A stretch of 64,000 nt of DNA from Antedon mediterranea (lineage: Eukaryota; Animalia; Echinodermata): assembly GCF_964355755.1 (NCBI RefSeq), contig NC_092675.1, positions 14,232,912 to 14,296,911 of the forward strand, in the 5' to 3' direction. Below, one piece after another: positions 37,943-52,900 of the stretch. Position numbers and translations under genes: made by a program. A model generated the notes under the pieces. That model was not told where the DNA came from, searched no databases, and saw nothing but the letters and a program-made list of their open reading frames with translations. Within the stretch, counting starts at the first letter, position 1. Every line of letters begins with the position of its first letter.

Positions 37943-40900
37943 TGCTTACAATAGCTTCAAATCGTATTTGGAGACGTTTTAGACCATTTTGTGATTTTCG
38001 AAAAAACTTGTTAACATAAAAACACCAAAGTACTTAGAATAGCTTCAAATCGCATTTGGAGACGTTTTAGACCATTTTGTGCATTTCGATGAAACTTGGT
38101 TACACAAAAACATCAAAGTGCTTAAAATCACATTATAAACCGTTTTAGACCATTTGAGCATTTCGATAACACTTTTCACACAAAAACATCAAAGAGCACA
38201 AAATAGCTTAATATGGTATTTAAAAACGTTTTAGACCATTTTGAGCATTTCGACAAAACTTTTTCACACAAAACACCAAAGTGCTTAGAATAGCTTCAAA
38301 TCGCATATGGAGACGTTTTAGACCAATTTGTGCATTTCAATGAAACTTGGTTACACAAAAACATCAAAGTGCTTAAAATCACATTATAAATCGTTTTAGA
38401 CCATTTTGAGCATTTTGATAACACTTTTCACACAAAAACATCAAAGAGCATAAAATAGCTTAATATCGTATTTAAAAACGTTTTAGACCATTTTGAGCAT
38501 TTCGACAAAACTTGTTAACATAAAAACACCAAAGTGCTTAGAATAGCGTCAAATCGTATTTGGAGACGTTTTAGACCATTTTGTGATTTTCGAAAAAACT
38601 TGTTAACATAAAAACACCAAAGTGCTTAGAATAGCTTCAAATCGCATTTGGAGACGTTTTAGACCATTTTGTGCATTTCGATGAAACTTGGTTACACAAA
38701 AACATCAAAGTGCTTAAAATCACATTATAAATCGTTTTAGACCATTTTGTTCATTTCGACAAAACTTTTTCACACAAAATACCAAAGTGCTTAGAATAGC
38801 TTCAAATCGCATTTGGAGACGTTTTAGACCATTTTGTGATTTTCGAAAAAACTTTTTAACATAAAAACACCAAAGTGCTTAGAATAGCTTCAAATCACAT
38901 TTGGAGACGTTTTAGACCATTTTGTGATTTTCGAAAAAACTTGTTAACATAAAAACACGAAAGTGCTTAGAATAGCTTCAAATCGCATTTGGAAGCGTTT
39001 TAGACCATTTTGTGATTTTCGAAAAAAATTGTTAACATAAAAACACCAAAGTGCTTAGAATCACATTATAAACCGTTTTAGACCATTTTGAGCATTTCGA
39101 TAACACTTTTCTCACAAAAACATCAAAGAGCACAAAATAGCTTAATATCGTATTTAAAAACGTTTTAGACCATTTTGAGCATTTAGACAAAACTTTTTCA
39201 CACAAAACACCAAAGTGCTTAGAATAGCTTCAAATCGCATTTGGAGACGTTTTAGAACATTTTGTGTTTTTCGAAAAAAACTGTTAACATAAAAACACCA
39301 AAGTGCTTAGAATAGCTTCAAATCGCATTTGGAGACGTTTTAGAACATTTTGTGTTTTTCGAAAAAACCTGTTAACATAAAAACACCAAAGTGCTTAGAA
39401 TAGCTTCAAATCGCATTTGGAGACGTTCTAGACCATTTTGTGATTTTTGAAAAAACTTGTTAACATAAAAACACCAAAGTTCTTAGAATAGCTTCAAATC
39501 GCATTTGGAGACGTTTTAGACCATTTTGTGATTTTCGAAAAATCTTGTTAACATAAAAACACCAAAGTGCTTAGAATAGCGTCAAATCGTATTTGGAGAC
39601 GTTTTAGACCATTTTGTGATTTTCGAAAAAACTTGTTAACATAAAAACACCAAAGTGCTTAGAATAGCTTCAAATCGCATTTGGAGACGTTTTAGACCAT
39701 TTTGTGATTTTCGAAAAAACTTGGTTACACAAAAACATCAAAGTGCTTAAAATCACATTATAAACCGTTTTAGACCATTTTGAGCATTTCGATAACACTT
39801 TTCACACAAAAACATCATAGAGCAAAAAATAGCTTAATATCGTATTTAAAAACGTTTTAGACCATTTTGAGCATTTCGACAAAACTTGTTAACATAAAAA
39901 CACCAAAGTGCTTAGAATGGCTTCAATCGCATTTGGAGACGCTTTAGACCATTTTGTGATTTTCGAAAAAAATTGTTAACATAAAAACCCCAAAGTGCTT
40001 AGAATCACATTATAAACCGTTTTAGACCATTTTGAGCATTTCGATAACAATTTTCACACAAAAACATCAAAGAGCACAAAATAGCTTAATATCGTATTTA
40101 AAAATGTTTTAGACCATTTTGAGCATTTAGAAAAAACTTTTTCACACAAAACACCAAAGTGCTTAGAATAGCTTCAAATCGTATTTGGAGACGTTTTAGA
40201 CCATTTTGAGATTTTCGAAAAAACTTGGTTACACAAAAATATCAAAGTGCTTAAAATCACATTATAAACCGTTTTAGACCATTTTGAGCATTTCGATAAC
40301 ACTTTTCACACAAAAACATCAAAGAGCACAAAATAGCTTAATATCGTATTTAAAAACGTTTTAGACCATTTTGAGCATTTCGACAAAACTTTTTCACACA
40401 AAACACCAAAGTGCTTAGAATAGCTTCAAATCGCATTTGGAGACGTTTTAGACCAATTTGTGCATTTCGATGAAACTTGGTTACACAAAAACATCAAAGT
40501 GCTTAAAATCACATTATAAATCGTTTTAGACCATTTTGAGCATTTCGATAACACTTTTCACACAAAAACATCAAAGAGCACAAAATAGCTTAATATCTTA
40601 TTTAAAAACGTTTTAGACCATTTTGAGCATTTAGACAAAACTTTTTCACACAAAACACCAAAGTGCTTAGAATAGCTTCAAATCGCATTTGGAGACGTTT
40701 TAGACTATTTTGTGATTTTCAAAAAAACTTGTTAACATAAAAACACCAAAGTGCTTAGAATAGCTTCAAATCGTATTTGGAGACGTTTTAGACCATTTTG
40801 TGATTTTCGAAAAAACTTGTTAACATAAAAATACGAAAGTGCTTAGAATAGCTTCAAATCGCATTTGGAAACGTTTTAGACCATTTTGTGATTTTCGAAA

Positions 40901-43900
40901 AAACTTATCAACATAAAAACACCAAAGGGTTTAGAATAGCTTCAAATCGCATTTGGAGACGTTTTAGACCATTTTGTGATTTTCGAAAAAACTTGTTAAC
41001 ATAAAAACACGAAAGTGCTTAGAATAGCTTCAAATCGCATTTGGAAACGTTTTAGACCATTTTGTGATTTTCGAAAAAACTTGTTAACATAAAAACATGA
41101 AAGTGCTTAGAATAGCTTCAAATCGCATTTGGAGACGTTTTAGACCATTTTGTGATTTTCGAAAAAAATTGTTAACATAAAAACACGAAAGTGCTTAGAA
41201 TAGCTTCAAATCGCATTTGGAAACGTTTTAGACCATTTTGTGATTTTCGAAAAAAATTGTTAACATAAAAACACCAAAGTGCTTAGAATCACATTATAAA
41301 CCGTTTTAGACCATTTTGAGCATTTCGATAACAATTTTCACACAAAAACATCAAAGAGCACAAAATAGCTTAATATCGTATTTAAAAATGTTTTAGACCA
41401 TTTTGAGCATTTAGATAAAACTTTTTCACACAAAACACCAAAGTGCTTAGAATAGCTTCAAATCGCATTTGGAGACGTTTTAGACCATTTTGTGATTTTT
41501 GAAAAAACTTTTTAACATAAAAACACCAAAGTGCTTAGAATAGCTTCAAATCACGTTTGGAGACGTTTTAGACCATTTTGTGATTTTCGAAAAAACTTGT
41601 TAACATAAAAACACCAAAGTGCTTAGAATAGCTTCAAATCGCATTTGGAGACGTTTTAGACCATTTTGTGCATTTCGATGAAACTTGGTTACACAAAAAC
41701 ATCAAAGTGCTTAAAATCACATTATAAATCGTTTTAGACCATTTTGAGCATTTCGACAAAACTTTTTCACACAAAATACCAAAGTGCTTAGAATAGCTTC
41801 AAATCGCATTTGGAGACGTTTTAGACCATTTTGTGATTTTCGAAAAAACTTGTTAACATAAAAACACCAAAGTGCTTAGAATAGCTTCAAATCACATTTG
41901 GAGACGTTTTAGACCATTTTGTGATTTTCGAAAAAACTTTTTAACATAAAAACACGAAAGTGCTTAGAATAGCTTCAAATCGCATTTGGAGACGTTTTAG
42001 ACCAATTTGTGATTTTCGAAAAAACTTATTAACATAAAAATACCAAAGTGCTTAGAATCACATTATAAACCGTTTTAGACCATTTTGAGCATTTCGATAA
42101 CAATTTTCACACAAAAACATCAAAGAGCACAAAATAGCTTAATATCGTATTTAAAAATGTTTTAGACCATTTTGAGCATTTAGATAAAACTTTTTCACAC
42201 AAAACACCAAAGTGCTTAGAATAGCTTCAAATCGCATTTGGAGACGTTTTAGACCATTTTGTGATTTTTGAAAAAACTTGTTAACATAAAAACACCAAAG
42301 TGCTTAGAATAGCTTCAAATCACATTTGGAGACGTTTTAGACCATTTTGTGATTTTCGAAAAAACATGTTAACATAAAAACACGAAAGTGCTTAGAATAG
42401 CTTCAAATCGCATTTGGAAACGTTTTAGACCATTTTGTGATTTTCGAAAAAACTTGTTAACATAAAAACACGAAAGTGCTTAGAATAGCTTCAAATCGCA
42501 TTTGGAAACGTTTTAGACCATTTTGTGATTTTCGAAAAAAATTGTTAACATAAAAACACCAAAGTGCTTAGAATCACATTATAAACCGTTTTAGACCATT
42601 TTGAGCATTTCGATAACAATTTTCACACAAAAACATCAAAGAGCACAAAATAGCTTAATATCGTATTTAAAAATGTTTTAGACCATTTTGAGCATTTAGA
42701 TAAAACTTTTTCACACAAAACACCAAAGTGCTTAGAATAGCTTCAAATCGCATTTGGAGACGTTTTAGACCATTTTGTGATTTTTGAAAAAACTTGTTAA
42801 CATAAAAACACCAAAGTGCTTAGAATAGCTTCAAATCACATTTGAAGATGTTTTAGACCATTTTGTGATTTTTGAAAAAACTTGTTAACATAAAAACACA
42901 AAAGTGCTTAGAATAGCTTCAAATCACATTTGGAGACGTTTTAGACTATTTTGTGATTTTTGAAAAAACTTGTTAACATAAAAACACGAAAGTGCTTAGA
43001 ATAGCTTCAAATCGCATTTGGAAACGTTTTAGACCATTTTGTGATTTTCGAAAAAGATTTTTAACATAAAAACACCAAAGTGCTTAGAATCACATTATAA
43101 ACCGTTTTAGACCATTTTGAGCATTTCGATAACAATTTTCACACAAAAACATCAAAGAGCACAAAATAGCTTAATATCGTATTTAAAAATGTTTTAGACC
43201 ATTTTGAGCATTTAGATAAAACTTTTTCACACAAAACACCAAAGTGCTTAGAATAGCTTCAAATCGCATTTGGAGACGGTTTAGACCATTTTGTGATTTT
43301 GAAAAAACTTGTTAAACATAAAAACACCAAAGTGCTTAGAATAGCTTCAAATCGCATTTGGAGACGTTTTAGACCATTTTGTGATTTTCGAAAAAACTTG
43401 TTAACATAAAAACACCAAAGTGCTTAGAATAGCTTCAAATCGTATTTGGAGACGTTTTAGACCATTTTGAGATTTTCGAAAAAACTTGGTTACACAAAAA
43501 GATCAAAGTGCTTAAAATCACATTATAAACCGTTTTAGACCATTTTGAGCATTTCGATAACACTTTTCACACAAAAACATCAAAGAGCACAAAATAGCTT
43601 AATATCGTATTTAAAAACGTTTTAGACCATTTTGAGCATTTAGACAAAACTTTTTCACACAAAACACCAAAGTGCTTAGAATAGCTTCAAATCGCATTTG
43701 GAGACGTTTTAGACCAATTTGTGCATTTCGATGAAACTTGATTACACAAAAACATCAAAGTGCTAAAAATCACATTATAAACCGTTTTAGACCATTTTGA
43801 GCATTTCGATAACACTTTTCACACAAAAACATCAAAGACCACAAAATAGCTTAATATCGTATTTAAAAACGTTTTAGACCATTTTGAGCATTTCGACAAA

Positions 43901-46900
43901 ACTTTTTCACACAAAACACCAAAGTGCTTAGAATAGCTTCAAATCGCATTTGGAGACGTTTTAGACCAATTTGTGCATTTCGATGAAACTTGATTACACA
44001 AAAACATCAAAGTGCTTAAAATCACATTATAAACCGTTTTAGACCATTTTGAGCATTTCGATAACACTTTTCACACAAAAACATCAAAGAGCACAAAATA
44101 GCTTAATATCGTATTTAAAAACGTTTTAGACCATTTTGAGCATTTCGACAAAACTTTTTCACACAAAACACCAAAGTGCTTAGAATAGCTTCAAATCGCA
44201 TTTGGAGACGTTTTAGACCATTTTGTGATTTTTGAAAAAACTTGTTAACATAAAAACACCAAAGTGCTTAGAATAGCTTCAAATCACATTTGGAGACGTT
44301 TTAGACCAATTTGTGATTTTTGAAAAAACTTGTTAACATAAAAACACCAAAGTGCTTACAATAGCTTCAAATCGTATTTGGAGACGTTTTAGACCATTTT
44401 GTGATTTTCGAAAAAACTTGTTAACATAAAAACACCAAAGTACTTAGAATAGCTTCAAATCGCATTTGGAGACGTTTTAGACCATTTTGTGCATTTCGAT
44501 GAAACTTGGTTACACAAAAACATCAAAGTGCTTAAAATCACATTATAAACCGTTTTAGACCATTTGAGCATTTCGATAACACTTTTCACACAAAAACATC
44601 AAAGAGCACAAAATAGCTTAATATGGTATTTAAAAACGTTTTAGACCATTTTGAGCATTTCGACAAAACTTTTTCACACAAAACACCAAAGTGCTTAGAA
44701 TAGCTTCAAATCGCATTTGGAGACGTTTTAGACCAATTTGTGCATTTCAATGAAACTTGGTTACACAAAAACATCAAAGTGCTTAAAATCACATTATAAA
44801 TCGTTTTAGACCATTTTGAGCATTTTGATAACACTTTTCACACAAAAACATCAAAGAGCATAAAATAGCTTAATATCGTATTTAAAAACGTTTTAGACCA
44901 TTTTGAGCATTTCGACAAAACTTGTTAACATAAAAACACCAAAGTGCTTAGAATAGCGTCAAATCGTATTTGGAGACGTTTTAGACCATTTTGTGATTTT
45001 CGAAAAAACTTGTTAACATAAAAACACCAAAGTGCTTAGAATAGCTTCAAATCGCATTTGGAGACGTTTTAGACCATTTTGTGCATTTCGATGAAACTTG
45101 GTTACACAAAAACATCAAAGTGCCTAAAATCACATTATAAATCGTTTTAGACCATTTTGTTCATTTCGACAAAACTTTTTCACACAAAATACCAAAGTGC
45201 TTAGAATAGCTTCAAATCGCATTTGGAGACGTTTTAGACCATTTTGTGATTTTAGAAAAAACTTTTTAACATAAAAACACCAAAGTGCTTAGAATAGCTT
45301 CAAATCACATTTGGAGACGTTTTAGACCATTTTGAGCATTTCGACAAAACTTTTTCACACAAAACACCAAAGTGCTTAGAATAGCTTCAAATCGCATTTG
45401 GAGACGTTTTAGACCAATTTTTGCATTTCGATGAAACTTGATTACACAAAAACATCAAAGTGCTTAAAATCACATTATAAACCGTTTTAGACCATTTTGA
45501 GCATTTCGATAACACTTTTCACACAAAAACATCAAAGAGCACAAAATAGCTTAATATCGTATTTAAAAACGTTTTAGACCATTTTGAGCATTTAGACAAA
45601 ACTTTTTCACACAAAACACCAAAGTGCTTAGAATAGCTTCAAATCGCATTTGGAGACGTTTTAGAACATTTTGTGTTTTTCGAAAAAACCTGTTAACATA
45701 AAAACACCAAAGTGCTTAGAATAGCTTCAAATCGCATTTGGAGACGATTTAGACCATTTTGTGATTTTCGAAAAAACTTGTTAACATAAAAACACCAAAG
45801 TGCTTAGAATAGCGTCAAATCGTATTTGGAGACGTTTTAGACCATTTTGTGAATTTCGAAAAAACTTGTTAACATAAAAACACCAAAGTGCTTAGAATAG
45901 CTTCAAATCGCATTTGGAGACGTTTTAGACCATTTTGTGCATTTCGATGAAACTTGGTTACACAAAAACATCAAAGTGCTTAAAATCACATTATAAATCG
46001 TTTTAGACCATTTTGAGCATTTCGGCAAAACTTTTTCACACAAAATACTAAAGTGCTTAGAATAGCTTCAAATCGCATTTGGAGACGTTTTAGACCATTT
46101 TGTGATTTTCGAAAAAACTTTTTAACATAAAAACACCAAAGTGCTTAGAATAGCTTCAAATCACATTTGGAGACGTTTTAGACCATTTTGTGATTTTCGA
46201 AAAAACTTGTTAACATAAAAACACGAAAGTGCTTAGAATAGCTTCAAATCGCATTTGGAAACGTTTTAGACCATTTTGTGATTTTCGAAAAAAATTGTTA
46301 ACATAAAAACACCAAAGTGCTTAGAATCACATTATAAACCGTTTTAGACCATTTTGAGCATTTCGAAAACAATTTTCACACAAAAACATCAAAGAGCACA
46401 AAATAGCTTAATATCGTATTTAAAAATGTTTTAGACCATTTTGAGCATTTAGATAAAACTTTTTCACACAAAACACCAAAGTGCTTAGAATAGCTTCAAA
46501 TCGCATTTGGAGACGTTTTAGACCATTTTGTGATTTTTGAAAAAACTTGTAAACATAAAAACACCAAAGTGCTTAGAATAGCTTCAAATCACATTTGGAG
46601 ACGTTTTAGACCATTTTGTGATTTTCGAAAAAACTTGTTAACATAAAAACACGAAAGTGCTTAGAATAGCTTCAAATCGCATTTGGAAACGTTTTAGACC
46701 ATTTTGTGATTTTCGAAAAAACTTGTTAACATAAAAACACGAAAGTGCTTAGAATAGCTTCAAATCGCATTTGGAAACGTTTTAGACCATTTTGTGATTT
46801 TCGAAAAAAATTGTTAACATAAAAACACCAAAGTGCTTAGAATCACATTATAAACCGTTTTAGACCATTTTGAGCATTTCGATAACAATTTTCACACAAA

Positions 46901-49900
46901 AACATCAAAGAGCACAAAATAGCTTAATATCGTATTTAAAAATGTTTTAGACCATTTTGAGCATTTAGATAAAACTTTTTCACACAAAACACCAAAGTGC
47001 TTAGAATAGCTTCAAATCGCATTTGGAGACGTTTTAGACCATTTTGTGATTTTGAAAAAACTTGTTAACATAAAAACACCAAAGTGCTTAGAATAGCTTC
47101 AAATCGCATTTGGAGACGTTTTAGACCATTTTGTGATTTTCGAAAAAACTTGTTGACATAAAAACACCAAAGTGCTTAGAATAGCTTCAAATCACATTTG
47201 GAGACGTTTTAGACCATTTTGAGATTTTTGAAAAAACTTGTTAACATAAAAACACGAAAGTGCTTAGAATAGCTTCAAATCGCATTTGGGTACGTTTTAG
47301 ACCATTTTGTGATTTTCGAAAAAGATTGTTAACATAAAAACACCAAAGCGCTTAGAATCACATTATAAACCGTTTTAGACCATTTTGTGATTTTCGAAAA
47401 AACCTTTTAACATAAAAACACCAAAGTGCTTAGAATAGCTTCAAATCACATTTGGAGACGTTTTAGACCATTTTGTGATTTTCGAAAAAACTTGTTAACA
47501 TAAAAACACGAAAGTGCTTAGAATAGCTTCAAATCGCATTTGGAAACGTTTTAGACCATTTTGTGATTTTCGAAAAAAATTGTTAACATAAAAACACAAA
47601 AGTGCTTAGAATCACATTATAAACCGTTTTAGACCATTTTGAGCATTTCGATAACAATTTTCACACAAAAACATCAAAGAGCACAAAATAGCTTAATATC
47701 GTATTTAAAAATGTTTTAGACCATTTTGAGCATTTAGATAAAACTTTTTCACACAAAACACCAAAGTGCTTAGAATAGCTTCAAATCGCATTTGGAGACG
47801 TTTTAGACCATTTTGTGATTTTCGAAAAAACTTGTTAACATAAAAACACCAAAGTGCTTAGAATAGCTTCAAATCGTATTTGGAGACGTTTTAGACCATT
47901 TTGAGATTTTCGAAAAAACTTGGTTGCACAAAAACATCAAAGTGCTTAAAATCACATTATAAACCGTTTTAGACCATTTTGAGCATTTCGATAACACTTT
48001 TCACACAAAAACATCAAAGAGCACAAAATAGCTTAATATCGTATTTAAAAACGTTTTAGACCATTTTGAGCATTTCGACAAAACTTTTTCACACAAAACA
48101 CCAAAGTGCTTAGAATAGCTTCAAATAGCATTTGGAGACGTTTTAGACCAATTTGTGTATTTCGATGAAACTTGATTACACAAAAACATCAAAGTGCTTA
48201 AAATCACATTATAAACCGTTTTAGACCATTTTGAGCATTTCGATAACACTTTTCACACAAAAACATCAAAGAGCACAAAATAGCTTAATATCGTATTTAA
48301 AAACGTTTTAGACCATTTTGAGCATTTAGACAAAACTTTTTCACACAAAACACCAAAGTGCTTAGAATAGCTTCAAATCGCATTTGGAGACGTTTTAGAA
48401 CATTTTGTGTTTTTCGAAAAAACCTGTTAACATAAAAACACCAAAGTGCTTAGAATAGCTTCAAATCGCATTTGGAGACGATTTAGACCATTTTGTGATT
48501 TTCGAAAAAACTTGTTAACATAAAAACACCAAAGTGCTTAGAATAGCGTCAAATCGTATTTGGAGACGTTTTAGACCATTTTGTGAATTTCGAAAAAACT
48601 TGTTAACATAAAAACACCAAAGTGCTTAGAATAGCTTCAAATCGCATTTGGAGACGTTTTAGACCATTTTGTGCATTTCGATGAAACTTGGTTACACAAA
48701 AACATCAAAGTGCTTAAAATCAAATTATAAATCGTTTTAGACCATTTTGAGCATTTCGGCAAAACTTTTTCACACAAAATACCAAAGTACTTAGAATAGC
48801 TTCAAATCGCATTTGGAGACGTTTTAGACCATTTTGTGATTTTCGAAAAAACTTTTTAACATAAAAACACCAAAGTGCTTAGAATAGCTTCAAATCACAT
48901 TTGGAGACGTTTTAGACCATTTTGTGATTTTCGAAAAAACTTGTTAACATAAAAACACGAAAGTGCTTAGAATAGCTTCAAATCGCATTTGGAAACGTTT
49001 TAGACCATTTTGTGATTTTCGAAAAAAATTGTTAACATAAAAACACCAAAGTGCTTAGAATCACATTATAAACCGTTTTAGACCATTTTGAGCATTTCGA
49101 TAACAATTTTCACACAAAAACATCAAAGAGCACAAAATAGCTTAATATCGTATTTAAAAATGTTTTAGACCATTTTGAGCATTTAGATAAAACTTTTTCA
49201 CACAAAACACCAAAGTGCTTAGAATAGCTTCAAATCGCATTTGGAGACGTTTTAGACCATTTTGTGATTTTTGAAAAAACTTGTAAACATAAAAACACCA
49301 AAGTGCTTAGAATAGCTTCAAATCACATTTGGAGACGTTTTAGACCATTTTGTGATTTTCGAAAAAACTTGTTAACATAAAAACACGAAAGTGCTTAGAA
49401 TAGCTTCAAATCGCATTTGGAAACGTTTTAGACCATTTTGTGATTTTCGAAAAAACTTGTTAACATAAAAACACGAAAGTGCTTAGAATAGCTTCAAATC
49501 GCATTTGGAAACGTTTTAGACCATTTTGTGATTTTCGAAAAAAATTGTTAACATAAAAACACGAAAGTGCTTAGAATCACATTATAAACCGTTTTAGACC
49601 ATTTTGAGCATTTCGATAACAATTTTCACACAAAAACATCAAAGAGCACAAAATAGCTTAATATCGTATTTAAAAATGTTTTAGACCATTTTGAGCATTT
49701 AGATAAAACTTTTTCACACAAAACACCAAAGTGCTTAGAATAGCTTCAAATCGCATTTGGAGACGTTTTAGACCATTTTGTGATTTTTGAAAAAACTTGT
49801 TAACATAAAAACACCAATGTGCTTAGAATAGCTTCAAATCACATTTGGAGACGTTTTAGACCATTTTGTGATTTTCGAAAAAACTTGTTAACATAAAAAC

Positions 49901-52900
49901 ACGAAAGTGCTTAGAATAGCTTCAAATCACATTTGGAGACGTTTTAGACCATTTTGTGATTTTTGAAAAAACTTGTTAACATAAAAACACGAAAGTGCTT
50001 AGAATAGCTTCAAATCGCATTTGGAAACGTTTTAGACCATTTTGTGATTTTCGAAAAAACTTGTTAACATAAAAACACGAAAGTGCTTAGAATAGCTTCA
50101 AATCGCATTTGGAAACGTTTTAGACCATTTTGTGATTTTCGAAAAAAATTGTTAACATAAAAACACCAAAGTGCTTAGAATCACATTATAAACCGTTTTA
50201 GACCATTTTGAGCATTTCGATAACAATTTTCACACAAAAACATCAAAGAGCACAAAATAGCTTAATATCGTATTTAAAAATGTTTTAGACCATTTTGAGC
50301 ATTTAGATAAAACTTTTTCACACAAAACACCAAAGTGCTTAGAATAGCTTCAAATCGCATTTGGAGACGTTTTAGACCATTTTGTGATTTTTGAAAAAAC
50401 TTGTTAACATAAAAACACCAATGTGCTTAGAATAGCTTCAAATCACATTTGGAGACGTTTTAGACCATTTTGTGATTTTCGAAAAAGATTGTTAACATAA
50501 AAACACCAAAGTGCTTAGAATCACATTATAAACCGTTTTAGACCATTTTGAGCATTTCGATAACAATTTTCACACAAAAACATCAAAGAGCACAAAATAG
50601 CTTAATATCGTATTTAAAAATGTTTTAGACCATTTTGAGCATTTAGATAAAACTTGTTCACACAAAACACCTAAGTGCTTAGAATAGCTTCAAATCGCAT
50701 TTGGAGACGGTTTAGACCATTTTGTGATTTTGAAAAAACTTGTTAACATAAAAACACCAAAGTGCTTAGAATAGCTTCAAATCGCATTTGGAGACGTTTT
50801 AGACCATTTTGTGATTTTCGAAAAAACTTGTTGACATAAAAACACCAAAGTGCTTAGAATAGCTTCAAATCACATTTGGAGACGTTTTAGACCATTTTGT
50901 GATTTTTGAAAAAACTTGTTAACATAAAAACACGAAAGTGCTTAGAATAGCTTCAAATCGCATTTGGGTACGTTTTAGACCATTTTGTGATTTTCGAAAA
51001 AGATTGTTAACATAAAAACACCAAAGTGCTTAGAATCACATTATAAACCGTTTTAGACCATTTTGTGATTTTCGAAAAAACCTTTTAACATAAAAACACC
51101 AAAGTGCTTAGAATAGCTTCAAATCACATTTGGAGACGTTTTAGACCATTTTGTGATTTTCGAAAAAACTTGTTAACATAAAAACACGAAAGTGCTTAGA
51201 ATAGCTTCAAATCGCATTTGGAAACGTTTTAGACCATTTTGTGATTTTCGAAAAAAATTGTTAACATAAAAACACCAAAGTGCTTAGAATCACATTATAA
51301 ACCGTTTTAGACCATTTTGAGCATTTCGATAACAATTTTCACACAAAAACATCAAAGAGCACAAAATAGCTTAATATCGTATTTAAAAATGTTTTAGACC
51401 ATTTTGAGCATTTATATAAAACTTTTTCACACAAAACACCAAAGTGCTTAGAATAGCTTCAAATCGCATTTGGAGACGTTTTAGACCATTTTGTGATTTT
51501 TGAAAAAACTTGTTAACATAAAAACACCAAAGTGCTTAGAATAGCTTCATATCACATTTGGAGACGTTTTAGACCATTTTGTGATTTTCGAAAAAACTTG
51601 TTAACATAAAAACACGAAAGTGCTTAGAATAGCTTCAAATCGCATTTGGAAACGTTTTAGACCATTTTGTGATTTTCGAAAAAACTTGTTAACATAAAAA
51701 TACGAAAGTGCTTAGAATAGCTTCAAATCGCATTTGGAAACGTTTTAGACCATTTTGTGATTTTCGAAAAAAATTGTTAACATAAAAACACCAAAGTGCT
51801 TAGAATCACATTATAAACCGTTTTAGACCATTTTGAGCATTTCGATAACACTTTTCACACAAAAACATCAAAGAGCACAAAATAGCTTAATATCGTATTT
51901 AAAAACGTTTTAGACCATTTTGAGCATTTCGACAAAACTTTTTCACACAAAACACCAAAGTGCTTAGAATAGCTTCAAATCGCATTTGGAGACGTTTTAG
52001 ACCAATTTGTGTATTTCGATGAAACTTGATTACACAAAAACATCAAAGTGCTTAAAATCACATTATAAACCGTTTTAGACCATTTTGAGCATTTCGATAA
52101 CACTTTTCACACAAAAACATCAAAGAGCACAAAATAGCTTAATATCGTATTTAAAAACGTTTTAGACCATTTTGAGCATTTAGACAAAACTTTTTCACAC
52201 AAAACACCAAAGTGCTTAGAATAGCTTCAAATCGCATTTGGAGACGTTTTAGAACATTTTGTGTTTTTCGAAAAAACCTGTTAACATAAAAACACCAAAG
52301 TGCTTAGAATAGCTTCAAATCGCATTTGGAGACGATTTAGACCATTTTGTGATTTTCGAAAAAACTTGTTAACATAAAAACACCAAAGTGCTTAGAATAG
52401 CGTCAAATCGTATTTGGAGACGTTTTAGACCATTTTGTGAATTTCGAAAAAACTTGTTAACATAAAAACACCAAAGTGCTTAGAATAGCTTCAAATCGCA
52501 TTTGGAGACGTTTTAGACCATTTTGTGCATTTCGATGAAACTTGGTTACACAAAAACATCAAAGTGCTTAAAATCAAATTATAAATCGTTTTAGACCATT
52601 TTGAGCATTTCGGCAAAACTTTTTCACACAAAATACCAAAGTACTTAGAATAGCTTCAAATCGCATTTGGAGACGTTTTAGACCATTTTGTGATTTTCGA
52701 AAAAACTTTTTAACATAAAAACACCAAAGTGCTTAGAATAGCTTCAAATCACATTTGGAGACGTTTTAGACCATTTTGTGATTTTCGAAAAAACTTGTTA
52801 ACATAAAAACACGAAAGTGCTTAGAATAGCTTCAAATCGCATTTGGAAACGTTTTAGACCATTTTGTGATTTTCGAAAAAAATTGTTAACATAAAAACAC

